DNA of 64,000 bases from Candidatus Saccharimonadales bacterium (lineage in GTDB: Bacteria; Patescibacteriota; Saccharimonadia; Saccharimonadales; OMJO01). Of this stretch, positions 20,382-29,927 are shown in pieces. The stretch spans positions 73,323 through 137,322 of the forward strand of contig DATIID010000001.1 in NCBI GenBank assembly GCA_035480035.1. The letters run 5' to 3'. A program made the position numbers and the translations under genes. How positions within the stretch are numbered: the first letter of the stretch is position 1; each line of letters begins with the position of its first letter. The notes below the pieces were generated by a model. It was not told the origin of the DNA. It saw only the letters and a list, made by a program, of their open reading frames with translations, and did not search any database.

Positions 20382-20876
20382 ATGAAACCCAAAGCATTGG
20401 TTAACATTGTGGCTATGGCTGCATTATCGGGTGGTATAGCGGCGGCTGGCGAAGCCAAGTTTCAGAGCGCCTATGATCATAAACAAGTTGGTCTTGCCGG
20501 TGACTGTAGTGACCTGCTGACTGATCAGCTTCAGCTTAAGGTTAAGTCATTACCTGATGGTTGTGATCAGGTCGATAGTAATTTAATTGTTACAGTCCGC
20601 CAAGAAATTCCATACGTGCCAGGTGACTACACTTTACCAGTTCGCCAGGTGTTTGAAACCGAACAAGCCGATTATCATCAGCAACGAGTCGAGCAATTTG
20701 ATAAGAATGTGATTGAATTTGGCGTTGGTGGCTTTGTTCTCGTTGGGTTGGGTGAGCTGGCCCTGGCTGAAATGTGGCGCCGTAATCAAAAAATCGAAGC
20801 TGTCCGGCCACGCGCGACACGGCAACCAGTAACTCATCCGGTCAGTACGGCTAAGCCACTTGACGAAAAATTGTAA
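20382..20876 (+). CDS. Hypothetical secreted/membrane protein (164 aa)
   Basis: N-terminal signal-like segment (LVNIVAMAALSGGIAAAG) and a C-terminal hydrophobic helix. TGgTATAAT at 20352-20360. Confidence 0.5.
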   Translation: MKPKALVNIVAMAALSGGIAAAGEAKFQSAYDHKQVGLAGDCSDLLTDQLQLKVKSLPDGCDQVDSNLIVTVRQEIPYVPGDYTLPVRQVFETEQADYHQQRVEQFDKNVIEFGVGGFVLVGLGELALAEMWRRNQKIEAVRPRATRQPVTHPVSTAKPLDEKL

Positions 20877-20908
20877 AATATCATAACGAATAAGCTATAA
20901 TTCCTCTA

Positions 20909-22210
20909 ATGAGTAAAACATCCTTAGATGACATTGTGTCTTTGGCTAAACGGCGCGGTTTTATTTATCAAGGTTCGGAAATTTACGGTGGACTGGCAGG
21001 TACTTGGGACTACGGTCCGCTTGGCGTTCAACTAAAGCGCAACATTGTTAACTTGTGGTGGAAAATGTTCGTCGAGAACCGCAATGACATGTATGGCTTA
21101 GACGCAGCAATTTTAATGAACTCGAAAGTCTGGCAAGCGAGTGGTCACGCTACTGGCTTTAATGATCCAATGGTGGAATGCAGTAATTGTCATTCACGGC
21201 TGCGAGCTGATCATGTCAAGGATGATAAATGTCCAGTTTGTGGCAAAACCAAGACTTTTGGCAAACCCAAACAGTTCAATATGATGTTTCAAACCCAAGT
21301 TGGCCCGGTCAATGACGACAAGTCAAAGAGTTATTTAAGGCCTGAAACGGCTCAAGGTATTTTTGTAAATTACAAAAACGTGATTGATACATTTAGCCCG
21401 GACTTACCGTTTGGCATTGCTCAAATCGGCAAAGCTTTTCGCAATGAAATTAGCCCACGTGACTTTACATTCCGATCGCGTGAGTTTGAGCAAATGGAAA
21501 TTGAATATTTCATTGATCCCAAAGACTGGCAGACGGAATTTAATAAGTGGGTCGAAAGTATTTATGAGTTCTTGAATGTCTTAGGACTAACCAAAACACA
21601 CGTTCATGAGCTGGATGTACCAGCCAAAGATCGGGCCCATTACAGCGAGAAAACAATTGACTTTGAGTTCGACTATCCGTTTGGCAAAAGTGAATTGCTT
21701 GGCTTAGCTTATCGAACGGATTTTGATCTAAAAAATATTGAAACGGCGACAGGCAAATCAATGGACTATAGGCCAAAAGATGGGTCAAAGCCATTTGCGC
21801 CACACGTTATCGAGCCAAGTTTTGGATTGGATCGCTTAGTCCTAGCAATTTTGGTGATGGCCTATGATGAAGACAAACAAAACGACGAATCACGCACCTA
21901 TTTGAAGTTACCGGCTTACATTGCACCAGTGAAGATTGCCGTCAGTCCGTTACTCAAGAACAAGCCTGAGCTAGTTAAAAAGGCCAGAGCAGTTTATGAT
22001 CAGCTCAAACAAAAATTTGGAGCGGTCATGTGGGACGATAATGGCAATATCGGCAAGCGCTACCGTCGTCAAGACGAAATTGGTACACCATATTGTGTCA
22101 CAATAGACTTTGATACTCTTGATAATGACACGGTCACTGTTCGTAGTCGTGATACTACAGAACAAATACGAGTTAAAATACAAGATGTTTCAAACAGCAT
22201 TAAGATTTAG
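20909..22210 (+). CDS. glyQS: Glycine--tRNA ligase (dimeric alpha2 type)
   Basis: N-terminal RRGFIYQGSEIYGGLAGTWDYGPLG, class II motifs, C-terminal anticodon-binding domain. TATAAT 20896-20901 lies 7 nt before the ATG. Confidence 0.95.
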   Translation: MSKTSLDDIVSLAKRRGFIYQGSEIYGGLAGTWDYGPLGVQLKRNIVNLWWKMFVENRNDMYGLDAAILMNSKVWQASGHATGFNDPMVECSNCHSRLRADHVKDDKCPVCGKTKTFGKPKQFNMMFQTQVGPVNDDKSKSYLRPETAQGIFVNYKNVIDTFSPDLPFGIAQIGKAFRNEISPRDFTFRSREFEQMEIEYFIDPKDWQTEFNKWVESIYEFLNVLGLTKTHVHELDVPAKDRAHYSEKTIDFEFDYPFGKSELLGLAYRTDFDLKNIETATGKSMDYRPKDGSKPFAPHVIEPSFGLDRLVLAILVMAYDEDKQNDESRTYLKLPAYIAPVKIAVSPLLKNKPELVKKARAVYDQLKQKFGAVMWDDNGNIGKRYRRQDEIGTPYCVTIDFDTLDNDTVTVRSRDTTEQIRVKIQDVSNSIKI

Positions 22211-22253
22211 TTATTATTAGACTAAATAAAAATATTGATTTGAGAGAGGTCTA

Positions 22254-22967
22254 ATGAATCAAGACAAGTTACTGAGTAGTTATTTTTTTGAAAGCTCCGA
22301 ACCAAACGGCGAACTGGTAAGTTATGCCGCTGGTTATAACTCCAAAATAAAAACCTATAATCATGCTGTTAAAACTCTCAACAATATGGGTTATGACGTA
22401 TTGGCGTTTGATTATGATCCAGCAGTACTACAAGCCGGACAGCCACAGTATTTACTGGATGTCGTTGATCGGGCGGTTGAGCAAGTCAAAGACAAGTCTA
22501 AAGACTATCAAGAGACTGTGAGTATGGGTGTGAGCCTGGGTGGCTTTATTGGTTACAATGTGCTTAAACGAATTGGCAGTTCGTCGGTTGGAGCTTTTGC
22601 TGATTGTGGTGTTGATTTTGTACCAGCAATTTTTAATTCTGGCACTTTAGATGACGTTGCCAAAGCTTACCAAAACAATGGTTATGACCAAGCTAGTTTA
22701 AATCGAATTTGGGAACCGCTGGATGTTGAACCATCAAAAGCGACATTCCCTAAAGACAAGTCGTTTATTGTGTTTGATGGTACACGAGACAAGCTGATTG
22801 ACTTTAACGAAGCTAAACAAAATATTGAAGATTGGGCTGCTAAGGGCATCAATGTTAAACAATATCCATTAAAAGGCCTCGGTCATTTATTAACCGGTGC
22901 TTATTTCGTGCGTCACACTAAGAAGATAATTGGGATGGCTAAAGAATTTCATGCCCAGATTGGCTAA
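22254..22967 (+). CDS. Putative alpha/beta-fold hydrolase
   Basis: Nucleophile-elbow-like GVSLGG and a late His (GLGHLL). Weak, motif-level call only. Confidence 0.5.
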   Translation: MNQDKLLSSYFFESSEPNGELVSYAAGYNSKIKTYNHAVKTLNNMGYDVLAFDYDPAVLQAGQPQYLLDVVDRAVEQVKDKSKDYQETVSMGVSLGGFIGYNVLKRIGSSSVGAFADCGVDFVPAIFNSGTLDDVAKAYQNNGYDQASLNRIWEPLDVEPSKATFPKDKSFIVFDGTRDKLIDFNEAKQNIEDWAAKGINVKQYPLKGLGHLLTGAYFVRHTKKIIGMAKEFHAQIG

Positions 22968-23051
22968 GTGCTTTATTTAGTATTTTTGTAGCTTATTAAA
23001 TAAACAGCCCACTTGATAAATTAAAACCTTAGGCATACACTCGAATTAAAT

Positions 23052-23678
23052 ATGAGTGAAGTCAGCGGATCAGATGTGCCAAGTCACAGGATTCTTGAAT
23101 ATGCTTCTGAAGACGATCTTGACATATTAAACCGACATTTATATACGGCTAGTCGATGGGCATTTGGTGAACTGTTTGAAAAAATGCCATGTAATTTTAA
23201 TCGCACGTTTATGTTAGTTGATGATGGTGTTGATCTTGGCGACGAGGTACGGCCCGAATTTGAACAAATGGAGTTGACTGCTGTAACTGAAAGAAAGACA
23301 GATACCGCCCTGCAGATTGCGAGTTACGCAATTGCATTAGTTAGCCTGGAATCATCAAACCACGTGGGCTATCACACGGCTATATCTAGGGAGTTTGAAA
23401 TTGATCCAAACATTCCGAACGGAACAAGTAAAACCCGTGCTTATCTGTATGGTGCCAATGAAGATAACCCAGTTACAGTTACACCAAATACTGATATACC
23501 AAAAAGTTTGCCGAATAATGATCGACGACCCTACCATAGACCAAAATATCTTAAGTTTGTTGAAGAAGTCGAAAGTAATATAACCAAAGAAGAACTCAGA
23601 CAAATCTATGATGGCCTAAAGTTAGCTGGCTTTAATGGCTTGAGCATTGGTATGGGCAGTGGACCGGCCGAGGTCTAG
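23052..23678 (+). CDS. Hypothetical protein (208 aa)
   Basis: ORF only. TTGATA-17-TACACT promoter-like sequence at 23013-23041. Confidence 0.5.
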   Translation: MSEVSGSDVPSHRILEYASEDDLDILNRHLYTASRWAFGELFEKMPCNFNRTFMLVDDGVDLGDEVRPEFEQMELTAVTERKTDTALQIASYAIALVSLESSNHVGYHTAISREFEIDPNIPNGTSKTRAYLYGANEDNPVTVTPNTDIPKSLPNNDRRPYHRPKYLKFVEEVESNITKEELRQIYDGLKLAGFNGLSIGMGSGPAEV

Positions 23679-23784
23679 GTCGGTTATAGCATAGACCAAT
23701 AGGTTAATGACTTATGAAGTAGTATTATTAAAGTGTAAATATAAACATTTGAGACTATCAATTATAACTATAAGGAGAGATGTT

Positions 23785-24162
23785 ATGTTAGCAGACAGCC
23801 CTGTTTGTGCAACAATTGCCGTCAAAGATCTGGAAGCGGCCAAAAAGTTTTATGGTGATACTTTAGGTCTAAAAGATCCTAAGGCCGATCCAGGTGGTGT
23901 TTTATTTAAGGCCGGCGAAGGCAGTGCCGTTTATATTTATCAATCAGAATTTGCTGGTAGTAACAAAGCCACCTATGCCGCATGGAATGTTTCAGACGTT
24001 AAAGCAATTGTTGATGACTTGAAAGGTAAAGGTATAGAATTTAATACCTTTGATGCTCCAGGCATAACTTGGGAAGATGAAATTGCTACGATGGGTCCCG
24101 CTAAGGCGGCTTGGTTCAACGATCCTGATGGCAACATCTTAAATGTCGTTAGCGGCATGTAG
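23785..24162 (+). CDS. VOC / glyoxalase-bleomycin-resistance family protein
   Basis: Typical VOC N-terminus (ATIAVKDLEAAKKFYGDTLGL) and C-terminal WFNDPDGNIL. I chose ATG 23785 after an AAGGAGAG SD rather than the tracked 23707. Confidence 0.75.
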   Translation: MLADSPVCATIAVKDLEAAKKFYGDTLGLKDPKADPGGVLFKAGEGSAVYIYQSEFAGSNKATYAAWNVSDVKAIVDDLKGKGIEFNTFDAPGITWEDEIATMGPAKAAWFNDPDGNILNVVSGM

Positions 24163-24200
24163 TTTCAGCCTCGACTCAATAATTATTTAGATTAACTTTA

Positions 24201-24920
24201 GTGATGCGAACGATTGGTATTATTGGCTATGGTAGCTTTGGCAAATTTTTGGCCGAAAAACTAGACGGCCAAGCCAAAGTGGTAATTTATAGCCGTCGTC
24301 ACCAACCTGGGGAGAGTATTTTTGTTGATTTGACTAGTATTGCCGAGGTCGACTACCTAATACTTTCAATTCCATTAAGCGTCTACCAAGAGTATCTAGT
24401 TAAGCTCAAGCCGCTCTTAAACAAGCAGACCGTGATTATTGATGTCTGCTCGGTCAAAGTCGAGCCAATTAAGCTGATAAAGCGTTTTTTGCCTAATCAA
24501 CCAGTGATAGCTACTCATCCATTGTTTGGCCCGGAATCAGCGGGTGAATCATTGAAAGGTCACACGCTGGTAATTTGTCCCGAATTGTCAGACAAAACTG
24601 TCACTCCAAAACTAATCAAACTGGCCAAAAGCCAAGGTTTGGAAATATTATTGGAGTCGGCCGATGTTCACGACCAGCAAATGGCCACGGTTCATGCTTT
24701 AACATTTTTTATTGCGCGAGCACTCGACAAATTCGATCTTAAATCGCATCAACTCGATACACCTTCGTATAAACGGTTGCTCTATCTAGCGGAACTGGAC
24801 AAGCATCACAGTCCTGAACTGTATGCAACAATCCAGTCGGGTAATCCGTATGCCAAACCAGTCAGGCATAAATTGCTTGAGATAATGATTAAGTTAAACT
24901 CTCAACTCGAACCAAGTTAA
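24201..24920 (+). CDS. Prephenate/arogenate dehydrogenase family protein
   Basis: Rossmann IGIIGYGSFGKF and ATHPLFGPES (HPMFGP-like). GTG 24201 or ATG 24204 start. Confidence 0.75.
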   Translation: MMRTIGIIGYGSFGKFLAEKLDGQAKVVIYSRRHQPGESIFVDLTSIAEVDYLILSIPLSVYQEYLVKLKPLLNKQTVIIDVCSVKVEPIKLIKRFLPNQPVIATHPLFGPESAGESLKGHTLVICPELSDKTVTPKLIKLAKSQGLEILLESADVHDQQMATVHALTFFIARALDKFDLKSHQLDTPSYKRLLYLAELDKHHSPELYATIQSGNPYAKPVRHKLLEIMIKLNSQLEPS

Positions 24921-24960
24921 ATCAGTAAATACGAGTATTATATTAAGTAAAGGAGAATTT

Positions 24961-25698
24961 ATGACTAAAAATAATGATGATAAATGGGATTTCAGTAGCT
25001 TGAAAGCCATCTTTTTTAATGGCACACTAACGTCATCACCCGAACCCAGCCACACCGACCTACTGATCAATCTGAGCGCTGGGATAATGAAAAAACATGG
25101 TGTAAATGTAGAAATTATTCGCACCATTGATCACGATATCGCAACAGGTGTTTACCCAGATATGCGCGAACAAGGGGCTAAGACCGATGAGTGGCCAAAG
25201 ATCTATAAGCGTGTTGAAGCCGCCGATATTTTGGTACTGGCCGGGCCAATTTGGCTGGGTGACAACAGCTCAATGACCAAAAAGATTATCGAGAGACTAT
25301 ATGCTTGTTCGGGATTACTTAACAACAAGGGTCAATATGCCTATTACGGCAAAGTCGGCGGCTCATTGATTACCGGTAATGAAGATGGTGTCAAGCACTG
25401 CACGATGAATACACTTTATAGCCTGCAACACCTTGGTTGTGTTATTCCGCCGCAAGCTGATGCCGGCTGGATAGGTGAAGTTGGCCCGGGCGCTAGTTAT
25501 GGCGATAAACAAGATGACGGCTCGCGAACTGGGTTTGACAATGATTTTACTAATCGCAACACCACCTTTATGACCTGGAACTTGATGCACATTGCCAAAA
25601 TGCTAAAAGACAACGGTGGGATTCCAGCTTACGGAAATCAACGTAGTAAATGGGACGCTGGTGCTCGATTTGATTTCGCCAACCCCGAGTATCGCTAA
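24961..25698 (+). CDS. Flavodoxin-like fold NAD(P)H-dependent FMN reductase family protein
   Basis: FMN_red-like N-terminus (IFFNGTLTSSPEPSHT), ADILVLAGPIW. AAGGAG SD. Confidence 0.65.
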   Translation: MTKNNDDKWDFSSLKAIFFNGTLTSSPEPSHTDLLINLSAGIMKKHGVNVEIIRTIDHDIATGVYPDMREQGAKTDEWPKIYKRVEAADILVLAGPIWLGDNSSMTKKIIERLYACSGLLNNKGQYAYYGKVGGSLITGNEDGVKHCTMNTLYSLQHLGCVIPPQADAGWIGEVGPGASYGDKQDDGSRTGFDNDFTNRNTTFMTWNLMHIAKMLKDNGGIPAYGNQRSKWDAGARFDFANPEYR

Positions 25699-25704
25699 GG
25701 AGTT

Positions 25705-26286
25705 ATGATGAATAGGATGAAGCAGTCAAAACCAAACGTCTACGCCTTTATTGACAGCCAAAACTTAAATCTAGGTGTTCAGAAAATGGGCTGGAAGATG
25801 GATTGGCGTAAATTTAGAAAATATTTAGCTGACAAGTATGGTGTCAACAAAGCCTATATGTTTATCGGCCATGTGCCAGAATTCGAAGACATGTATGTCC
25901 ATATGCACGAACTGGGTTTTCTAGTCGTACTTAAACCAACCTCCGATATGAGTAAAGTGCCGGTTGAAAATAAAGAAGAAGACCGTTCGGCCGACAAAAC
26001 CGAAGATAAAAAACCGGTTAAGGGCAATATTGATGCCGAATTGGTGCTCTGGGCAATGAAAGAATTAAAAGATTACGACAAAGCCATTATTGTGTCTGGT
26101 GACGGTGATTTTTATTGCTTGGCTGAATATCTGGAAGAAATTGGTAAACTTGGCCACATAATGACACCCAACTGGCAGTACTCTGGCTTATTGAAACGCT
26201 TTGAGAAATACATTATTCGGATTGATCAGCTGCGACGTGAATTAAGCTATCACTCATCTCGTCGACCAAAAGCTAAATCGAAGTGA
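25705..26286 (+). CDS. NYN-domain (LabA-like) putative ribonuclease
   Basis: VYAFIDSQNLN ... NIDAELVLWAM ... IIVSGDGDFYCL places the acidic residues as in NYN/PIN-like nucleases. AAGGAG SD. Confidence 0.75.
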   Translation: MMNRMKQSKPNVYAFIDSQNLNLGVQKMGWKMDWRKFRKYLADKYGVNKAYMFIGHVPEFEDMYVHMHELGFLVVLKPTSDMSKVPVENKEEDRSADKTEDKKPVKGNIDAELVLWAMKELKDYDKAIIVSGDGDFYCLAEYLEEIGKLGHIMTPNWQYSGLLKRFEKYIIRIDQLRRELSYHSSRRPKAKSK

Positions 26287-26302
26287 GCTATAATAGGCGC
26301 TA

Positions 26303-27565
26303 ATGAGCCAACCAATTTTCCCAAAAGACTTTTATTGGGGTGCCAGCACGGCCTCCCATCAAGTCGAAGGCAACACCTTTAATCAATGGACTGTCTGGGA
26401 ATTGGCCCATGCCAAACAATTAGCCAAAAATGCTCCCGAACGGCTTGGTTGGTTGCCGAATTGGCAACAGGTCCGGTCGCAGGCCACTGATCCAAACAAT
26501 TACGTATCAGGGCAAGGCGTACGGCACTATGAGAGATATAAAGAAGATATCCACCTTGCTAAACAGCTGAACTTCAATGCCTTTCGGTTCGGCATTGAAT
26601 GGGCCAGGCTCGAACCTAATCAGGGCGAGTGGGATCAAGACGCCATCGACCATTACCATGCTTATATAAAGGAACTAAAACACCGCGGGCTAGAACCATT
26701 CTTGAATTTATGGCACTGGACAGCGCCAACGTGGTTCGAGGATAAGGGCGGTTTTAAAAAGCGAGCTAATCTAAAATACTTCGATCATTTTACTCGCAAA
26801 ATTGCTAAAGAATACGGCGATGAATTGACGTATATTATTACGATTAACGAACCCAATGTCTTTGCGACCTTTGGTTACGTAACAGGTGAATGGCCGCCGC
26901 AAGAAAAAAATTTTGTGACTGGTGCAATCGTAATTCTAAACCTAGTGCGCGCTCACAAACGGGCGTATAAAATTCTTAAACGTCACAATCCAAAACTGCA
27001 GATTGGTGTTGCTAGCCAGTTAGCCAACATCCAGGCCAAGCGTCCTAGAAACATTTTTGACGAATTTTCAGTTAAGGCTATGCGCTATGCTTGGAATTGG
27101 TGGTACATTAACCAGATTCGTAAGTGTCAGGATTTTGTTGGTTTCAATTATTATTTCTCGGATTATTACACCGAGTTTTTCAAACGTGAAAATCCCAAAA
27201 TACCGGTTAATGACCTGGGTTGGTATATGGAGCCGGAAGGCTTGTATTCATTACTGCTTAGGGTTTGGGCCCACTATAAAAAACCGATCTTTATCACTGA
27301 GAACGGCGTAGCCGATGAGACTGATCAATACCGACGTTGGTGGTTAGAAGAAACCATCATTGCGATGGAACGGGCGCTTAGCGAAGGTGTCGACCTACGT
27401 GGTTATTTCCACTGGAGTTTACTCGATAACTTTGAATGGGCCTACGGTTGGTGGCCGAAGTTTGGTTTGGTGGCCGTCGACCGCGAAAATGACATGAAGC
27501 GGACGGTTCGGGCGAGTGCCATTTGGTTCGCTTCGAAAATTAAAGATTTGCAAAAAAATCGTTGA
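26303..27565 (+). CDS. GH1 beta-glucosidase / 6-phospho-beta-glycosidase family
   Basis: Acid/base TINEPNV and nucleophile ITENGVAD motifs. N-terminal FPKDFYWGASTASHQVEG. TATAAT 26289-26294 lies 8 nt before the ATG. Confidence 0.93.
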   Translation: MSQPIFPKDFYWGASTASHQVEGNTFNQWTVWELAHAKQLAKNAPERLGWLPNWQQVRSQATDPNNYVSGQGVRHYERYKEDIHLAKQLNFNAFRFGIEWARLEPNQGEWDQDAIDHYHAYIKELKHRGLEPFLNLWHWTAPTWFEDKGGFKKRANLKYFDHFTRKIAKEYGDELTYIITINEPNVFATFGYVTGEWPPQEKNFVTGAIVILNLVRAHKRAYKILKRHNPKLQIGVASQLANIQAKRPRNIFDEFSVKAMRYAWNWWYINQIRKCQDFVGFNYYFSDYYTEFFKRENPKIPVNDLGWYMEPEGLYSLLLRVWAHYKKPIFITENGVADETDQYRRWWLEETIIAMERALSEGVDLRGYFHWSLLDNFEWAYGWWPKFGLVAVDRENDMKRTVRASAIWFASKIKDLQKNR

Positions 27566-27628
27566 TTGGCATATAAGGCAAATAGTGGTAGAATAAGCTT
27601 TAACGACAGGTGTTATTAACTAAAAATT

Positions 27629-27892
27629 ATGGAATCTCATTATCATTCTAAAGTTGGGTCGAATTATGTTGGCTATCGACCAAGACCAGTGGCCCCACCT
27701 GGCGAAGGTCTTGTCGTGCAAATTGAAAGCTCCAGCCTAATTAAACGTATAGCCAGCCTCGCCGTTCGTGGCTTAGCCAGGTTAGATACATTTGACAAAC
27801 CAGGTCCCAGTCTGTTGACACCGGACTATGGTTCAACTGTACGGGTTAGTGAACTACCTTTAATAGAATTACCTAGCGACGAATTAATCTAG
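27629..27892 (+). CDS. Hypothetical small protein (87 aa)
   Basis: ORF only. TGgTAGAAT -10-like at 27586-27594. Confidence 0.4.
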   Translation: MESHYHSKVGSNYVGYRPRPVAPPGEGLVVQIESSSLIKRIASLAVRGLARLDTFDKPGPSLLTPDYGSTVRVSELPLIELPSDELI

Positions 27893-27923
27893 CGTCCAGC
27901 TGATAACAACAAACACCATATAT

Positions 27924-27960
27924 TGTGGTTAATTGTTCAAAATTGCAAAGCTGTGGATAA
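27924..27960 (-). promoter_or_regulatory. Pair of DnaA-box-like 9-mers upstream of the mraZ promoter
   Basis: TGTGGTTAA (27924-27932, 1 mismatch) and TGTGGATAA (27952-27960, exact reverse complement of TTATCCACA), 28 bp apart. Confidence 0.3.
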
Positions 27961-27997
27961 GTATGTCAATTTCCTCAAGGAAAAGCTAACAAAATGC

Positions 27998-28051
27998 TTG
28001 CGTGTGGGTAATCGTGGGTAGTATAGTCATGTTAGTGGGTAAATGTGGGTA
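27998..28051 (+). promoter_or_regulatory. mraZ/dcw promoter with four GTGGGTA direct repeats (MraZ operator)
   Basis: TTGCGT (27998-28003), 18 nt, TATAGT (28022-28027). GTGGGTA at 28004, 28014, 28035 and 28045 forms two pairs with 10-bp phasing. MraZ is known to bind GTGGG-type repeats in its own promoter. Confidence 0.7.
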
Positions 28052-28100
28052 GTCCAAAATAGGCTACCACCACTAAAAAATAAAAACCACTAGCAGCTTA

Positions 28101-28472
28101 ATGAGAGGCCATATGTCAACAGTAGATTATTTCGAAAGAAAGCTTGACGATAAGCGGCGGTTAACCATACCCGCTGAGCTGCGTGCCGAGTTTGCGAGTG
28201 GGGTAGTAGTTACCCGCGGGTTTCAAAATTATTTACATTTGTATCCACGCGCGGTCTGGAACGACCAAGTTGAGCCGGAACTCCAAGGTAGTATCTTGGA
28301 TGAACAAACGGCTGACCTAAATGTTCGTTTCCGATCGGGTAAAAGTGAAGGCCAACTTGATGGTAAACAAGGACGGTTTACCATCGATCAGCACCTTCTC
28401 GATTACGCAGGGATAAACCGAGATGTTATAGCCGTAAGGGCGGGGCGATATTTTCGTCTAACAGCCGCCTAA
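28101..28472 (+). CDS. mraZ: Transcriptional regulator MraZ
   Basis: Two SpoVT/AbrB-like halves (DDKRRLTIPAELR and DGKQGRFTIDQHL). First gene of the dcw cluster. The start may be ATG 28113 (GAGAGG SD). Confidence 0.9.
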   Translation: MRGHMSTVDYFERKLDDKRRLTIPAELRAEFASGVVVTRGFQNYLHLYPRAVWNDQVEPELQGSILDEQTADLNVRFRSGKSEGQLDGKQGRFTIDQHLLDYAGINRDVIAVRAGRYFRLTAA

Positions 28473-28846
28473 ACGCTACGCAAAGTTCCTTAACAATTCA
28501 GATTAGAGTAGTAAACCAAAAGTAGAATGACTCGAGGTTAGCTATTCGGCAGTCAACAAGTGGTATTTAGGGTAACCACTTTAAAAACCCTCGTACCTTA
28601 CACTAAAAAACACCTCCCAAAACTCCACCTCACACATAAGTCTCTCAAACTTTGATCTTAGCCGGTGAAAGAAGTTCTCAAAATAAAAACTTCTCTCGCA
28701 TTAACGGATAAGATCACCATTCGCTCCCAAGCGAATAAACAAAAACAAAAACACCAAAAAAACAAAAAGTTGGCTGCTGAATAGGTGACCTTGCAAAAAC
28801 AAAAATAGGCCGAGTCAAATTTCCAATTTGATGAAGCCAAAAATGC
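28473..28846 (+). other. 374-nt G-poor, C/A-rich spacer between mraZ and rsmH
   Basis: Runs such as CAAAAACAAAAACACCAAAAAAACAAAAAG. Small hairpins TTCGCTcccaAGCGAA and CAAATTtccAATTTG. No credible ORF. Confidence 0.5.
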
Positions 28847-29848
28847 ATGAAAAACACAAACAAAAATCACCAAAATAAAAACAAATCCAGTGATAAACTC
28901 TCGCTCGCCAACCATGACGGATTGGCGTCGATTCGGTATCAAGAATCTAGGCAAAGGCTTAGCACTGGTCAACACCAACCGGTATTGCTGGACAGTGTCT
29001 TAAAGTATCTGAATCCGCAAGACGGGGAGTCATACCTCGATCTTACGGCCGGATATGGCGGTCATGCCAATGCAATCCTAAAGTGTACTCAATTGCCTGA
29101 AAAGGCTGTTCTCGTCGATCGCGATCAGCAAGCAATTGATTATTTGAAGCCGCAATTTCTAGGTAAGCCAAAATTAATCCACCAGGATTTTTTAACAGCT
29201 TCTCAAGAGTTACGAGCTAACAATAATCAGTTCGACATCATTTTGGCAGATTTGGGTGTGTCGTCACCTCACCTTGACTCAACGAGTCGTGGTTTTAGCG
29301 TGAGGCTTGATGGGCTACTAGATATGCGCATGGATCGGCGCCAATCTGTGACAGCCGCAGAGATAGTCAATAATTATCCAGCAGCTGAACTAGAAAGGAT
29401 AATCCGGCGTTTCGGTGAAGAACCGCGGGCAAGTAAAATTACCCGACTGGTAGTGGCTCATCGACCTTACCAAACTACTCAACAGCTGGCCGATGTGGTC
29501 GCTCGGGCTTGGCCCGAACGCAGTCGCCATCATCCAGCCACTCGCACTTTTCAAGCTTTACGCATTGCCGTCAATGACGAGTTAAATCAACTAGAGCAAT
29601 CATTGCCAATTTGGTTGGATCTGTTAGCTCCCGGCGGTCGCCTAGCGGTCATCAGCTTTCATAGTCTTGAAGATCGTTTAGTTAAGCAAGCCTTTAAAGA
29701 GCGTAGCGGCAATCGGTATGATGCTGAAGTAAAACTGCTGAATCCGCATCCAGCCGAAGCTCAAGAGTCTGAATTAGTTCTTAATCCGCGCGCCCGAAGT
29801 GCCAAACTTCGCGCCGTTGTTAAAATAAACAAGAAAGGGGATAAGTAA
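28847..29848 (+). CDS. rsmH: 16S rRNA (cytosine1402-N4)-methyltransferase RsmH
   Basis: HQPVLLDSVL, DLTAGYGGHA, DLGVSSPHLD, SFHSLEDR. Has a ~40-aa Asn/Lys-rich N-terminal extension encoded by the A-rich spacer. Confidence 0.93.
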   Translation: MKNTNKNHQNKNKSSDKLSLANHDGLASIRYQESRQRLSTGQHQPVLLDSVLKYLNPQDGESYLDLTAGYGGHANAILKCTQLPEKAVLVDRDQQAIDYLKPQFLGKPKLIHQDFLTASQELRANNNQFDIILADLGVSSPHLDSTSRGFSVRLDGLLDMRMDRRQSVTAAEIVNNYPAAELERIIRRFGEEPRASKITRLVVAHRPYQTTQQLADVVARAWPERSRHHPATRTFQALRIAVNDELNQLEQSLPIWLDLLAPGGRLAVISFHSLEDRLVKQAFKERSGNRYDAEVKLLNPHPAEAQESELVLNPRARSAKLRAVVKINKKGDK

Positions 29849-29927
29849 TGCCTATCCAGGTAAAGAACCTATCCCGGGCGTATAAGGTCAAAGTCAGAAT
29901 CGGCTGAGACCTGTAAGCCAAACAAGT

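Noticed and set aside
28658-28978. 106-aa ORF on the - strand between mraZ and rsmH
   Set aside because: Phe/Cys/Leu-rich low-complexity translation of the T/G-rich complement of the C/A-rich spacer. It overlaps the rsmH start and has no start signals, so it is a compositional artefact.
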